35,411 nt of DNA, taken from the NCBI GenBank assembly GCA_910592345.1, contig CAJVPI010000322.1:1-35411 (forward strand), read 5' to 3'. How positions within the stretch are numbered: position 1 is the stretch's first letter; each line of letters begins with the position of its first letter. Under the pieces are notes generated by a model. It was not told the origin of the DNA. It ran no database searches and saw only the letters and a program-made list of their open reading frames with translations. A program made the position numbers and the translations under genes. Below, piece by piece: positions 1 through 12,648 of the stretch. This DNA comes from Paraglomus brasilianum. Lineage: Eukaryota.

Positions 1-12
1 TTTTGCGACCGT

Positions 13-600
13 TTACTCTGCAAGATTTACTGTAAAAATATTTTTGCTGACCGCCATTATTTTCTTCCTGAACTGTACAATACCAATAGATTCAATTGGA
101 ATAGTGGCAATACCACTTAGATCGTATTTTTCTGATTTATCTATTTGTGCACCCACACGTTTAACAATATCTTCTGTTACAATTGCCATTTCAGCATCAC
201 TATCGAGTAGCATTGCCGGAATTTTTTGGCGCTTAATCTTACATTTTATAGTTGCAAGGCTTGTAGCGGGTTCTTCTTTTTTTCTGAACAAAGCTATCTC
301 CATAGGATCGTCCAAAGTCTCATTCTTGAGGTGTAATAAACAAATAAAGAACGCAAAACTCCAAAGTCTCATTCTCTCCATCTGAATCAGGTATTGCTGG
401 GATCGGATCTCGGCGATTCGTGAAATCCGGAATGGATAAGTATTTATCTTCGAATTTAAGTCTTTCTATCTGATGCGGAAGTAAAACCTTTTCGAGCATG
501 TCCTCTGTTTAAGAGTAGTTGATTTATTGGAAGTAGATGCGTCTTTTTTCATTTTGCATGATTTGGACTTCTTAGAAGATTGGAAGGTGACCTATTTTTT
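13..600 (-). pseudogene. LTR-retrotransposon (Ty3/Gypsy-like) aspartic protease relic
   Basis: ORF 13..381 reads IPAMLLDSDAEMAIVT...LSGIA...SIGIV, a degenerate retropepsin D(S/T)GA motif plus flap. It lies downstream of a gag zinc knuckle on the same strand, with stops and frameshifts upstream. Confidence 0.65.
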
Positions 601-606
601 GAACTA

Positions 607-1133
607 CACTGCCCTACCATAAATCACCGGATTTCTTTTTTTTTTTTACTAGTAAAACCTATGAAAAGTCTTTTTTTTTTCAAAAATCTCTCCTGCCCAT
701 GTGTACTATGTGAATGACAATGGCTTTTGTATGGTTTTGAAGCTAATTAATTGTGCTTTTTGAAAAAATCAACAGTAAATTATATATATTCTTGTTATAA
801 AACTGTAGAATCAAGGAAGTAAGAGTATATGTACTCCACATATATAATCATGTATTTTTATACCATAATTTAAAGACTGCCACTTCACAAAGCTATAGCT
901 TTACAATGATAATATATATAATTTACCATTAACTTTTTTCGAAAAGCACAATTAATTGGCTTCAAAGCCATAAAAAACTGTTGTCATTCACATAGTACAC
1001 ATGGGCAGGAGAGATTTTTGAAAAAAAAAAAAGACTTTGGCTCTAGAATCAGATTCCTTTCTGACATCTTTAATTTTTCATAGGTTTTACTAGTAAAAAA
1101 ATATGAAATCCGGTGATTTATGGTGGGGCAGTG
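607..1133. mobile_element. Tc1/mariner-type MITE (foldback) with ~200-bp TIRs and TA target duplication, inserted in the gag-pol junction
   Basis: Starts TA|CACTGCCCTACCATAAATCACCGG and ends CCGGTGATTTATGGTGGGGCAGTG|TA. Arms 607-~800 and ~905-1133 are reverse complements apart from a ~40-bp indel. No coding capacity. Confidence 0.85.
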
Positions 1134-1135
1134 TA

Positions 1136-1534
1136 TTCTTTACTTTTTTTTTAAAATGCGTGATATTGACATTGATATCAGCTTCAGATTCAAATGAGGT
1201 TTCCTCAGAATCAGAGTTATTATCTGAAGAATCATTATCTGAAGAGTCTATCTGAACTAGAGCCGGAATCCACAGCAACCTTATTGACCTTACCTCTTTT
1301 CTTGTATCTACTTTTCTTTTTTTGAGGACAGTTGCGAGAATTATGTCCGGTCCTATTGCAATTTGAGCATCTGTATTGGGATGTTTGCTTAACCTCCTTC
1401 TTGACCTGTCTAGATATAGCCTTATTTATTGACAACTTACTCTAAGTCGACTTCAGCATTTTTTGACATATTCCTTTCATTTTAGGCAAGAAGGAAGAAA
1501 ATTTATCAACTACTCCTTTAGTAATTGTATCTAT
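1136..1534 (-). pseudogene. Retrotransposon gag C-terminus relic with CCHC zinc knuckle
   Basis: CSNCNRTGHNSRNC (CX2CX4HX4C) followed by a basic stretch and an acidic S/D-rich tail split over two frames (ORFs 1235..1435 and 1090..1278). Confidence 0.75.
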
Positions 1535-1824
1535 TGTTACGGTCGGGAATTAAATTGGGGAGCGATTTATCTTTTCGTGTAGGTGTGTTCGCCGACCGGG
1601 GGATGTTACCAGGCTTATCTCGTACTATCGCCCTTACTACGATAGTTGTGCAATTAAGACTGAATTAAGCCTCAAGTGACCTATTTAACAATTTCAGCAT
1701 GACAACATGAAGATTTGACGATGGAGGAAGAGCCACTTTGCTGTATTACTGAACTACGATCATCGCCATGGGTTTGTTTGACTGCGGAGGAAGATTTTAT
1801 CATGTGACCTACTTATCCGTAACA
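1535..1824 (-). mobile_element. Long terminal repeat (290 bp)
   Basis: Bounded by perfect 8-bp inverted termini TGTTACGG...CCGTAACA (TG..CA rule). TAAATAG TATA-like box on the minus strand, the same orientation as gag. Homologous copy at 35214. Confidence 0.75.
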
Positions 1825-1834
1825 ATATTTTTGT

Positions 1835-1864
1835 GTTACTCACTCATTTATTGGAGGGCACTGT
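1835..1864. mobile_element. Isolated right terminus of a Tc1-like element
   Basis: ...TTATTGGAGGGCACTG|TA is a CAGTG-type TIR end followed by TA. The partner TIR is not seen, apparently cut off by the LTR. Confidence 0.4.
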
Positions 1865-1950
1865 ACATGTTTTAATAAATTTCTTCCTCAAAACCCAATT
1901 TGTAAGTCAATTATTTAAGCATGTGAATGAATTTCAAAAAAATAAATAAA

Positions 1951-1989
1951 TTCTATTATAAGCATATTGGTTTTTGCGCCGGACCATAT
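1951..1989 (-). repeat. Terminus of a dispersed repeat family (copy 1)
   Basis: Reverse complement ATATGGTCCGGCGCAAAAA-CCAATATGCTTATAATAGAA matches 34949 ATATGGTCCGGTGCAGAAA...CCAATATATTTATAATAAAA. Confidence 0.6.
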
Positions 1990-2069
1990 ATTTTTTTAAT
2001 TTCTGATTGTAACTACTAATACATTGATGTGTTTTTTGGTATTTCTTGTACTAGTACATGTATTTTTAG

Positions 2070-3866
2070 GCCTACAAATATGAACCTCAAGACTGAGAAT
2101 AGGACAGTGTAGAAGGCGCAATCATTTCACACAGTGTAACTGCTTTATTTCATGAAGTGTCAATAACAGCATGTTGTGCATGCAATAAAACTCTTTATGA
2201 TGACGGTTGAGCAGAAAAGCAACTAAAGACTCACTGATACAAAAGCACTAAAATTATATATAGGATTACCTGTATATGAATAATAATAATGAAAAAGCAA
2301 TGCGTTTCTTGGAGATTATGGTTGTTCAAAAACGATACCAAGAGAGAAGTTTGCCAAATTACATGAAGTCTTTCAAGCTCTCTCTAGATCCAAACAAGAT
2401 ATATTTTTAATGGCCCAGTTGAAAGCAATAAATGGTGGAGAAATAACGGCTAGCCGACGTCTTAAAAAGAAAACGCGTACTAATAAGAGAATTGAGATTG
2501 TCATACGCCTCTTTGCCAGAAAACATGTTAGGAATTGGTCGCACTCATTTGGAAAACGTCAGAAATCATCTAGCAACGAATGGTATAATACCGCGCGCAT
2601 TCACGGTGATATCAAACGAGTGCCGCGATGGAAAACATTGATATAACCGTTGCTACAACCGTGAAGAATTTTCTCGAAAACTAGGCTGAAATTCATGGAC
2701 TACCAAGTCCTGGTAGAAACGTCAGAATCGAATTACTCAATCGCTTACACTTTTGTCAGCTGAAACAAGTCTTGAAAACGATAGCACGTTGAAATTGTTA
2801 AAATATGACGCGTTCCGCAAGTTTGGCACCAATTAACGCCTTATATTCAAATTACGAGTCCAAGAACAGATTTATGTAACACGTGCTAACATTTTCGGAA
2901 TGGCTTACAGTATAATGCGCGCAAGAAAAAAGAAGCAAAAGATTTACTAAAAAAGTACAAAGAACATTTAGTTAAGGCTAAGTTGGAGAGAAATTATTAC
3001 AACAAAAATACGAAAATTAGCAGAACAACAGAGAAAATTGGTAAATGAGCATTTTATAACAGAAGATAAGCTGATTATTGTGGCGTTGATGCTACTGCTC
3101 ATTACAGTCACGATTGAGCACAAAATGTTCACGTTCCCCATTCCGATCAACAAGTAAGTAAAATTTATTATCTTAGTCAACGTAAAGTGCATTTATTTGG
3201 TATTCAAGATGAAGCAGTGCGCGAACAAATTAATTATGTTCTCGATAAAGCCGAAATTATCGGCAAAGGTCCTATTGGTACGCTGAGCATGGTATTCGAT
3301 AGAATAAAGAAATTGAATAAAGGCGAAAAGCATTTGAAGATTACTTGTGATAATGCAGGTGGACAGAATAAAAATAATGCTACCATTTGATTTTACCTAT
3401 TATGAAAGTATCGGATTAAATTTTATGGTACCTGGTCATACCAAATTCAAGTGCGGTAGATTGCGTGGGTCATATTGTTGAAATTGTGAAAAAATCGAGT
3501 ACAACTGGATTAAACAAAGCCCAGCGTTATGACAACGGAAAAGGTTTTCAATACTTAGTATTAGATTTTAACTCTGTGTTTAAAAAATTGAGTGGTTTGC
3601 AAAAATATCAGCATTTTGTATTTGAAGCAGCTCAACCTGGAGTTGTCAAAGCCCAGCTGGTTGCTAATGGTGCTTATACAGAATTCAATTTATTAAAAAC
3701 CAGAAAAGCAAATGTTGCTGAAATTACCAAAGAAATTAAATCCTTTTCCATCCTAGTACTAACCCCATTAGATTACAAAAGGCAAGAATATCTTTATCAT
3801 AACATTCGCCCGCTTATTAGAGATGAATCAAAGAATGTAACCCTCAACCAGCTTCACTACCGCTGA
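2070..3866 (+). pseudogene. Degenerate DDD-type DNA transposase (Sola-like)
   Basis: Colinear motifs across frameshifts and stops: PRTDLCNTC, HYSHD*AQNVHVP, HLFGI, TCDNAGGQNKN, FMVPGHTKFKC, GLQKYQHF. Possible element end ...TTGTTGCAGTCTGCCCTG|ATAT at 4079. Superfamily assignment is from motif recollection, not a search. Confidence 0.65.
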
Positions 3867-4936
3867 AAGTTTCTGGTCGTATCTTAATGAAGGTTTCAGT
3901 GATGTTAGTCTACCAGTCGTCATTAGTGACCCCAAGAGCTATGATTTATAATGTCAAGTAAGAATTTATTCAATTAGTTAAGTGTCAGTCACATTTTGGT
4001 ATAACGATTAAAAAATGCAACCAGTCCATAAATTTGTGCTCACATAGTCAAATGTTCGGTTTTGTTGCAGTCTGCCCTGATATTAATATGCTACCCGGTT
4101 ACTGTAGCAAAACGCATAAAGTCTAGAAGCTCTCAATATCTCTATTATAGAAAACTGCATCAGATCACTTTCTTTTTATCAAATCCCCATATGGCTCATA
4201 TCATAATCGTTATGAATATGAATATCTGATCTTTAATCCTCCCTAACATGCTATCAACAAATATCTTTGTTATTATTTCTATCTCAACTTGTCAAATACA
4301 AGACTTGTGAGGACGTGTTTTGTTTACTAAATTAGAGGAGCCATCAATAGGTCTTAAGTTACAAGTCTGCAGCAGGGACTTCCCAGACGAAAATACAGTC
4401 ACCGGACAGAAGTACGTGGTATCGAATCAGCTTGACGATCAATTAGTAAAACATATTAATATGAAAAATCTTTTTCTTCAAAGAGCTTTATTGTACGTAT
4501 TTGCGTACCAATTTGTACTTTTCAAGAAAATTTAGTCTTCTGAAGTTGCATTTCGAGGAAGTATATACAGCATATGAAAATATATGTGTAACCTAGATAC
4601 TGCCACGAACTCCACGAACTACACTACATCTTTAAAACGATAATGGGACTGAATATATCATTATTATGTTCAAAAAATACAATCAATTAGCTTCAAACGA
4701 TACAAAAATTATTGTAACGTACATGGTAGTAGGGGTTTTCGAAGAAAAAGATTTTTCATATGTTTTAATAATTGATCATCAAGCTGATTCGATACTTATT
4801 ATTATTGTATGTCATATTTAAGTTTGCTTCCTAATTTATCACATATGACAAGCACGCGCTGCCCGCATGGTTACAAAACTGGGGTTTTTTTTCTTGCTTG
4901 GAAAATTTGATCAAAGCGTATTTGTTTCTCTACAAA

Positions 4937-5878
<942 letters not shown>

Positions 5879-6231
5879 CTAGATTGACTATTAATACGTT
5901 GTGTATTCAAAATCCCGTCAAATACCTTTATTATTAATATTAACCATACACCCTGTCTGATTTCTCAATCACGTCTCCTTCGTAACTAGAGCATCTAATA
6001 ATATAACAGCTTTGCCCTTTCATTTATACAATCTGCCATATATCTTTTGAAGTGTATTAGTATATAGTCTTCACATGACAAGTTAACCGAGTTTTGTTTC
6101 TAGTAATAGTCGGCAACATCTTTCGTAATTTATAATGATAATAATGATGACAACGACAATAATAATAATGGCTTACGCTTCAGTTAATAAAACGTGTTAA
6201 ACTATACAAGGCATTGGCACTCAAGCTATTA

Positions 6232-9200
6232 CTAACACCTCTCAAAGATTTTATATAAATCAGGAAGGCTAGCAATATGTATCACGTGTCCACTGTCAAC
6301 AAGTTTCCGTGGTGCCCGAAAATGAAATTTTAAGGCCGGGAAGATCAAATGTTCTATTTGCCATTGATATTTCTCTTTAATAGCGATTATTGGTTCAGCG
6401 GTATTGTTATTCGCCTTTCCTTGCTCTGAAGTTGCAACGAAATCTTCGGATTCATCCATTATATCCATGGGTTCAGAATCGTTACCATCTGTGTGATCTT
6501 CCTCTTCGTCACTATCTGGTGGTTCGGGAGCATAAAATAAACCAAGTTCACGCGATATAGTTTCTAAACATTCTATTTCTACCTCCCAATTAACCTGTAA
6601 CGAAAGAATCTTTAGAATTAAATCTTAACTAGTAGATGACAACCGTTATGACTTGTGGAATACCTCTGTGCCTAGTCGTAATAAAAAGCTAGGCAATTTG
6701 TCCATTTTTGGGACGTAATTCTTTAACAGTAGAGGAAGTGTCACCAGCTGACCATCTTCAGTGATTGTTATACTGAAGTATTCCAAAAGCATTTCTCTCA
6801 TGGACACCAATTGTTCGGTGATAATCTATAGACAAGGTTCAAACATATTAACAGTAAATCTCAAAATATATATTCCGTAATCTTTATATACCTTTCTGAT
6901 CTTATCCTTGGACTTTAGCCCTTCCAGTTCAGATTCATGCTCTTCAAGAGCAATGAGAACCAATTCAGAGATGGATGCAGGATTGGACAACCGAATAAAA
7001 CCAAAATTGGCGAATTCTTGCAGTATTAACTGATAAAACAACTCTTCGCTAAATAGGTGTGTAAGTAATAATAAGCCTGTGTTGAAGTAAAGAAGGGAAA
7101 ATAATCTTAAACTTACCTTAAGGCATTATAATTTACAAGATACAACTTAGTTTGATGTTGAATCAAGGCTAAGGTGAGAGAATCATCAACGCATCCTACC
7201 ATTGTATGATCCGAGAATAATTCCGTGAGACCTGTGATTATTTTATTTTCAATGATTAGTTTGTATCTTGTAGAGTTTACCCCATTTATTTATATTTAAT
7301 AGCACACCTTTATGTTCTTTGTCTATCAGCTTTTCCCGAAGAGTTAACACACTTGTCAATTTGACCTCAATTCTATCCCGTTTTCGCTTCAAACCTAAAG
7401 ATGGTTTCTTATCAATTATAACATTTGTTGACTGTTGTGATACCAAGCTGTCCGAGTTGATATTCTGTTGAGTTTTGCCGGATGTTCTCGACGTATCTTG
7501 AGGTGTGTAAAAATTGTCAAGCGTACGTGCTCGACTGTCTGTTCTCACTAGGTTATATTCCAAAACTTTCCCATCTACACAATAAATATTTAAATTACAT
7601 AATGCTTCCAGACGTTGAATGCCAGACCAAAGGTGGTAAAAGACATACGAGACTTTGTGTTCTCTTTTTCAGATACATCGTCATTAAACGTAGATGCTCC
7701 TGGTAGAAGCGTCTACAACCAAATTAGTTATTATCAGTTAAATACAGTAATAATAGCTTAATGCTCTACCTGTGTCAAGAAAGACCTAGATGTATCAGCT
7801 CCAGCAAGGCGCTCGTGGATCACATCTCCGATGGCGGCTATAATTTCATCTTCATACAGAAAACGCACCTACATCATTATAATCGTCAATAATGGTTATG
7901 CCGCTCGTTGAATAAACGTTCGACTTCCTGCTCACCTCTCGCTTTGTCGTATGCACATTAACATCTATATTTTGCGGTTTCATCTCTAAGCCTATATAGA
8001 TAAACGGATGTGTGCCCTTAGGAAGAAATGTTGCATAAACGCTCTCAATGGTTTTTTTCAACGCTAGACTTTCAACGGCTCTGTCTAATAGGCAAAATAC
8101 CAGAGTTAATTATACATTGCGCTCAAATTCGGAGACAGCAGTTAAGTATAGTACTTACGATTGATAAACAGGAGAAATACTATTTTTTTTACATTATAGT
8201 TTGCATTAGAGACGTAACCCTTGACCTTTAGATCTAAACCCTCCACATCTTTTTTCAACTCTAACAACTCAGAGGCAGTGCTGCTACCATATATTTGACG
8301 TATGTTATCTAAAGTCGACGCGTTAGCTAACGTACTGACATCAGCTATATTAGAACCTTGCTAATATGAGTAATAAATAATATATGTTGTTACATAGCTA
8401 AATTGAATGGAAGATAATCAACAAGTTGACTTGCCTTTTTGCATGTAAAGCTAACTCCAGCGTTGTAGATAGCATATCTATTTACTACATCAAGTATTCT
8501 TTTATACTCTTCGCTTGTATTCTTCAATGCCTCTCGACGCGTAGGAGCATTGTAGAATAGGTCTTCTGCCTGTATAAAAGCAAATTAATTACGTGTGAAG
8601 GCGCTATGAGAAGATAAGTTGGGCACTTCATACCGTAATTAGAGTGCCAGTATTGCCAGCGCATGGCTTGGGTTCAGCGCTGACACCCGGTTTCGGTGGA
8701 ACCAGTTTGCTATCTGCATAATGCGCTCTGAAAAATCGATAAAGAAAAAGACGACTATCCGCATCAATGGAGTTCAATGGGATAAGAAACTCGATTGATA
8801 ATACAATGTGCTAACCTGTATGCACAATTGGAATCTGCTGTCTTAGTTGTGATAGTAACATGCGCTACGTGTGTGATACTAGCCAATGCTTCGCCTCTAA
8901 ATCCATACGTACTAATACAGGACAAGTCTTCAAAGGTTTCAATTTTACTCGTAGTAAATCGTTCACAGACAATAGCCATGTCCTCTTTCTATTTGGATAA
9001 CAACGCGCGTCCATGACTAATATTATTGATGCAGAACTGTCAAGCTGAGATCTGACACAACACCACTCACCCTTATGCCATGTCCGTTATCTTGTATTTG
9101 TAACAGTTTTAAGCCGCCATCTTTAATGAGAATTTGTATGTTTGTGGCTCCTGCGTCTAGCGAATTCTCCAAGAGTTCTTTGAGAGCATTTGAAGGACGG

Positions 9201-9349
9201 CGTATTATCTAGCATGAATACATAACGTTCTGTTAACAAAGGCTGTAGGATAGTATATTCGCACAAATGGGTTATGATATAACCTCGCCAGCTGCTATTC
9301 TGTTGATAACCGCTTCGTCGAGTTTCTTGATTTGACGTGAAGTTGTCAT
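6232..9349 (-). CDS. MLH1: DNA mismatch repair protein Mlh1 (MutL homolog), ~727 aa; 14 exons: 9349-9284, 9208-9071, 8988-8816, 8727-8634, 8569-8435, 8360-8159, 8084-7936, 7868-7770, 7712-7649, 7574-7308, 7231-7117, 7048-6892, 6825-6664, 6594-6232
   Basis: Motifs [45 protein letters not shown], DVNVHxTKREV, LVRTDSR and the diagnostic C-terminal LYKIFERC. Exon lengths sum to 2184 nt, in frame. Confidence 0.96.
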
Positions 9350-9844
9350 GTTGACAAGGAAGATTACGCGATAATTTGTGGAAAGATCGACGTTTAACAT
9401 TTTCCCCAAATGGTGTCCAAATCAAATTCTCTTACGACGATATCATGATATTTTCAAACAAGTATAACTAACACGACCCATTAAATTATAGTGATTAACA
9501 AATGTTATAACACTTTCGACTGTAAATTTGCTTAGTACAAACTTATCTTTCGTGTAATATCCAATAATATTAAATCTCTCAAACAATTCAACTAACCCTG
9601 CTTCCTCCAATCTTCTGTTGAAAGTTGATTATTCTCTTATTGTTGGTCCCTTCCTTTAACATCTCACATGATTCAATTTACCGTCCTCATGCCATTTCAC
9701 TATAATTCAATGCGACATCTTTTTCTAATTACTTTATTGCATCTTTTCTCTCTCCAACCCAAATTGTCAAATCCTCCTCTTGTTTCGATCTTATTATTTC
9801 TTCCCAATCCATACACATTATTATAGAATACGCGTTTGGTTACA

Positions 9845-9990
9845 TAAGAATAATGATTCCAAACGCATCAATCATATTGCACAGAATTTTCTTAAAGAGA
9901 ATTGTCTCAGAAGTAATTGACTGGCCATCAAACAGTCCAGACCTCAGTATGTATAGTCTATTGTTCAACATAATCTAGAAAGACGTCCTA
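9845..9990 (+). pseudogene. IS630/Tc1-like transposase fragment
   Basis: NDSKR...FLKEN..EVIDWPSNSPDL (with a frameshift) matches the DNDPKH...WPxxSPDLN signature. Confidence 0.6.
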
Positions 9991-10024
9991 AAATATTGGC
10001 AGCTTATTCAACGTAAGGAAAACA

Positions 10025-10520
10025 GAATTAACTATTGTAGGTTTCCTAATATTCTTATCTAATCTGACAATAAACTTTTCCTTCGGATTACGTATATTTA
10101 CTCTCTTGCTGAAAAAGTTTCTATGTTGCACACGTTTAGACTTGATACTGTATACTCCCAATTATCCTTTCCGAATAATTGATATACTGTATTTATACAA
10201 TAATTAATAGAAGTTTTTACAGCCTATTTATCGCCTTGTGAATTTAATCGTCCTGCAGAAGTGAGCGGTCTTAATTTCCCGTATGTAAAGTCTTTTTTTA
10301 CAATGCAACCAGTCTTAAGATAGAGCTTTTAATTTCAAACCATTTATAGAAGGCCAGCATACTACAGTACCTATAGCATTAATAATTTGGTTCAGATTTT
10401 AATTGAATAATAACTCAGAATGTAATTCTTTCTAAATTTTAAATATAAAACACGTCCAATAACTTTGTTTGTAACAGCGAATAAAAAGGTTTTTATTTTA
10501 TACAACTAATTAGATAAATT
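10025..10520 (-). pseudogene. Relic A of an unidentified protein family
   Basis: Broken frames contain LISC, SYW, YRYC, TYG and IRKPTI in the same order as relic B (16897-17869). Confidence 0.4.
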
Positions 10521-10947
10521 GTTCACTTTTATTCAGTTATCTGATATTACGTTTGTATTCCTTATTCTTTTTTTAGTTAAAATTCTGATCGCAAAGAAAA
10601 AAATGATGCTTGATTACTCACTTACTAAACTTTTAGTGAGAATAAACTTACTGTATTAAACCTTCTTTTCACAAGAAGAATGACGAAAGGCGATCGTGTT
10701 TTAATTACAACAATTGTCGCGAGGAACTTTTATATTTTAATACACAAAGATAATAATAAGGACAAATCATTATAAATAAAGTGTGTGATGCTAAATAAAT
10801 ATCATAACGGTTTGCTTTAAAAAAGCTACTAATTCTTTATTATCAGGTGAAAATAGATAATTTTCCAGGCATAATTCTCATCACATATTATGCCATGCCA
10901 TGTATTAGTATGTCCAAGCAAATGGCTACCATTGAGAGTAGTATTTA

Positions 10948-11607
10948 CAATGGGTACCAAAAAGTTGTGAATTTTCGTGTAATTAATAGTAACAGTAATA
11001 GTAAAGCATATGAAAACAAACCTTTTTCGAAAATTGTATTTACAATATACAATGTGTAACGAAAATAATTGCCTTCGGACAATCGAAATTATTTTGTAAA
11101 TAAACAAAGCGATGCGTTGTTTATTATGATCCACATATTTTTATCAGCTTGTTTATGTTTTGTTGAAGATGTTTACCAAAGAAAAGGTTTTGTTGACTTC
11201 TGCTTTAATTTTTGAGAACTTTATAAACTATGTTACACAAGTATGAAGGTTGAAATTCACAACGTTTTACTTTACTTTCAGATTATACCCCAACAACGTT
11301 TATTCGTCAAATAAAATTACATCCAAAAATGAGTGTTTATCTTTGTTCCATTGTAAACAATCTCAAAAAGCCAAAAGATACAAACGTTTTAGAGCATGAC
11401 AGGAAAACTTCTGTTTGATCAAAAGTTTTATATGTAACATACCAAAGAATAAACCATGGGAATAGTATATTTTTGTCTATCTTCCTTTTTTATAAAAAGC
11501 TCTGTGACTTTTAATGTAAATACAACAATAAATTTTTTTGAAAAAGGTTTGTTTTCATATGCTTTACTATTGATCACACAAAATTCACAACTTTTTGATC
11601 CCCCCAA
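10948..11607. mobile_element. TA-flanked MITE (~660 bp) with ~85-bp TIRs
   Basis: Left CAAAAAGTTGTGAATTTT...AATAGTAAAGCATATGAAAACAAACCTTTTTC is the reverse complement of 11535-11600. TA lies at equal distance from the conserved core on both sides (10946-47, 11608-09). Confidence 0.75.
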
Positions 11608-12344
11608 TACAAATGAGACATTTTAGTCATGCTGTTATATGCGGTCGCCTAGGAGAGCCTTGTATTCAATTATTGACCGGGGAATATTCTCAACACACGG
11701 CCTTGCTGACGTGCCCACTTGCTGTAAGTATAACGTCTGCGTATATATTCTATATCGCCAAAATATACAGTATATTTACTACTCTGTTGCTAACCTATAT
11801 TAATACAATATTAAACTAACTACCAAAAATAGCCATTCCTTTTTGAGTGATTTAATCTTAATCCTGTCTGAAATTAAAGAAAACGACTCTTTCAGCGATA
11901 GACCAGCTGCTAGCAACTTACGAATTAAGGAGAAAAACTATACAGAACAATAACGAATATACTTCCTTAGTCGAAGGAATATATCAACATTACTTCAATT
12001 TGTTGATTGAAAACGTTTCCGAATTTTCCTTTTTTTTGGGAAAAACCACCCCTGACTGAGTTGTCAGCCGCTCTTTGAACGAGTAATTTAATTATGTGTA
12101 TATGTAGCCGATAAATCCCATATTTTACTACTTGATTGTAGTCTTTTATTTAATATAGACCATTATTATTATATAAATTCTGTTACTACAGCTATACTCT
12201 CACAAAGCTTTGCTGCACGTACATTACTGGTTCTTGGATTGGATATTGTGATACAAAGACATATTTAAACAAGCATATCTATAATGCTTTTGTTTAAGTA
12301 ATATCTGCTAACGCGTATATAATCAAATTAAATAACCCATTAGA

Positions 12345-12648
12345 CAGGTACTGAGTTAAACCCAATAGAATTTTATAGAGCACTGTTAAAAGAACCGTGG
12401 AAAGGCATGCCAACAAATTTTACTACAATTGATGGAATGATGTTTAAAATTATGTTCTAATTAGTATAGTACAATGGTATGAGAGCTGTTAGTAGAAAAA
12501 AAATAATAGTGAACTATTCCCCATCAAATTTTATACAAATAAAAGCTTTACTTTAAGGTTTCTAACAAGCTAGAATATGTGGAATTCCATTCAGTTATTA
12601 TGACGCAATGATCGGTTTAAAATTTTCACTTTTTTTGTGACACACTGT
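12345..12648 (+). pseudogene. Tc1-like transposase C-terminus and right TIR relic
   Basis: ELNPIE / NL*STVKRTVER and ELLVEK..ELFP resemble the LNPIENLW..K..V and CELVIEKNG..IPY end of Tc1-type transposases. Followed by ...TTTTTGTGACACACTG, a TIR-like end. Confidence 0.5.

Noticed and set aside
44..385. 113-aa plus-strand ORF
   Set aside because: Antisense shadow of the retrotransposon protease relic.
6595..6663. MLH1 donor GTATTCC as a U12-type intron
   Set aside because: Does not match GTATCCTT, and no TCCTTAAC branch site was seen.
9600..9810. Coding-like minus-strand fragment (MDWEEIIRSKQEED...)
   Set aside because: Multiple stops and no diagnostic motif. Probably TE debris but cannot be assigned.
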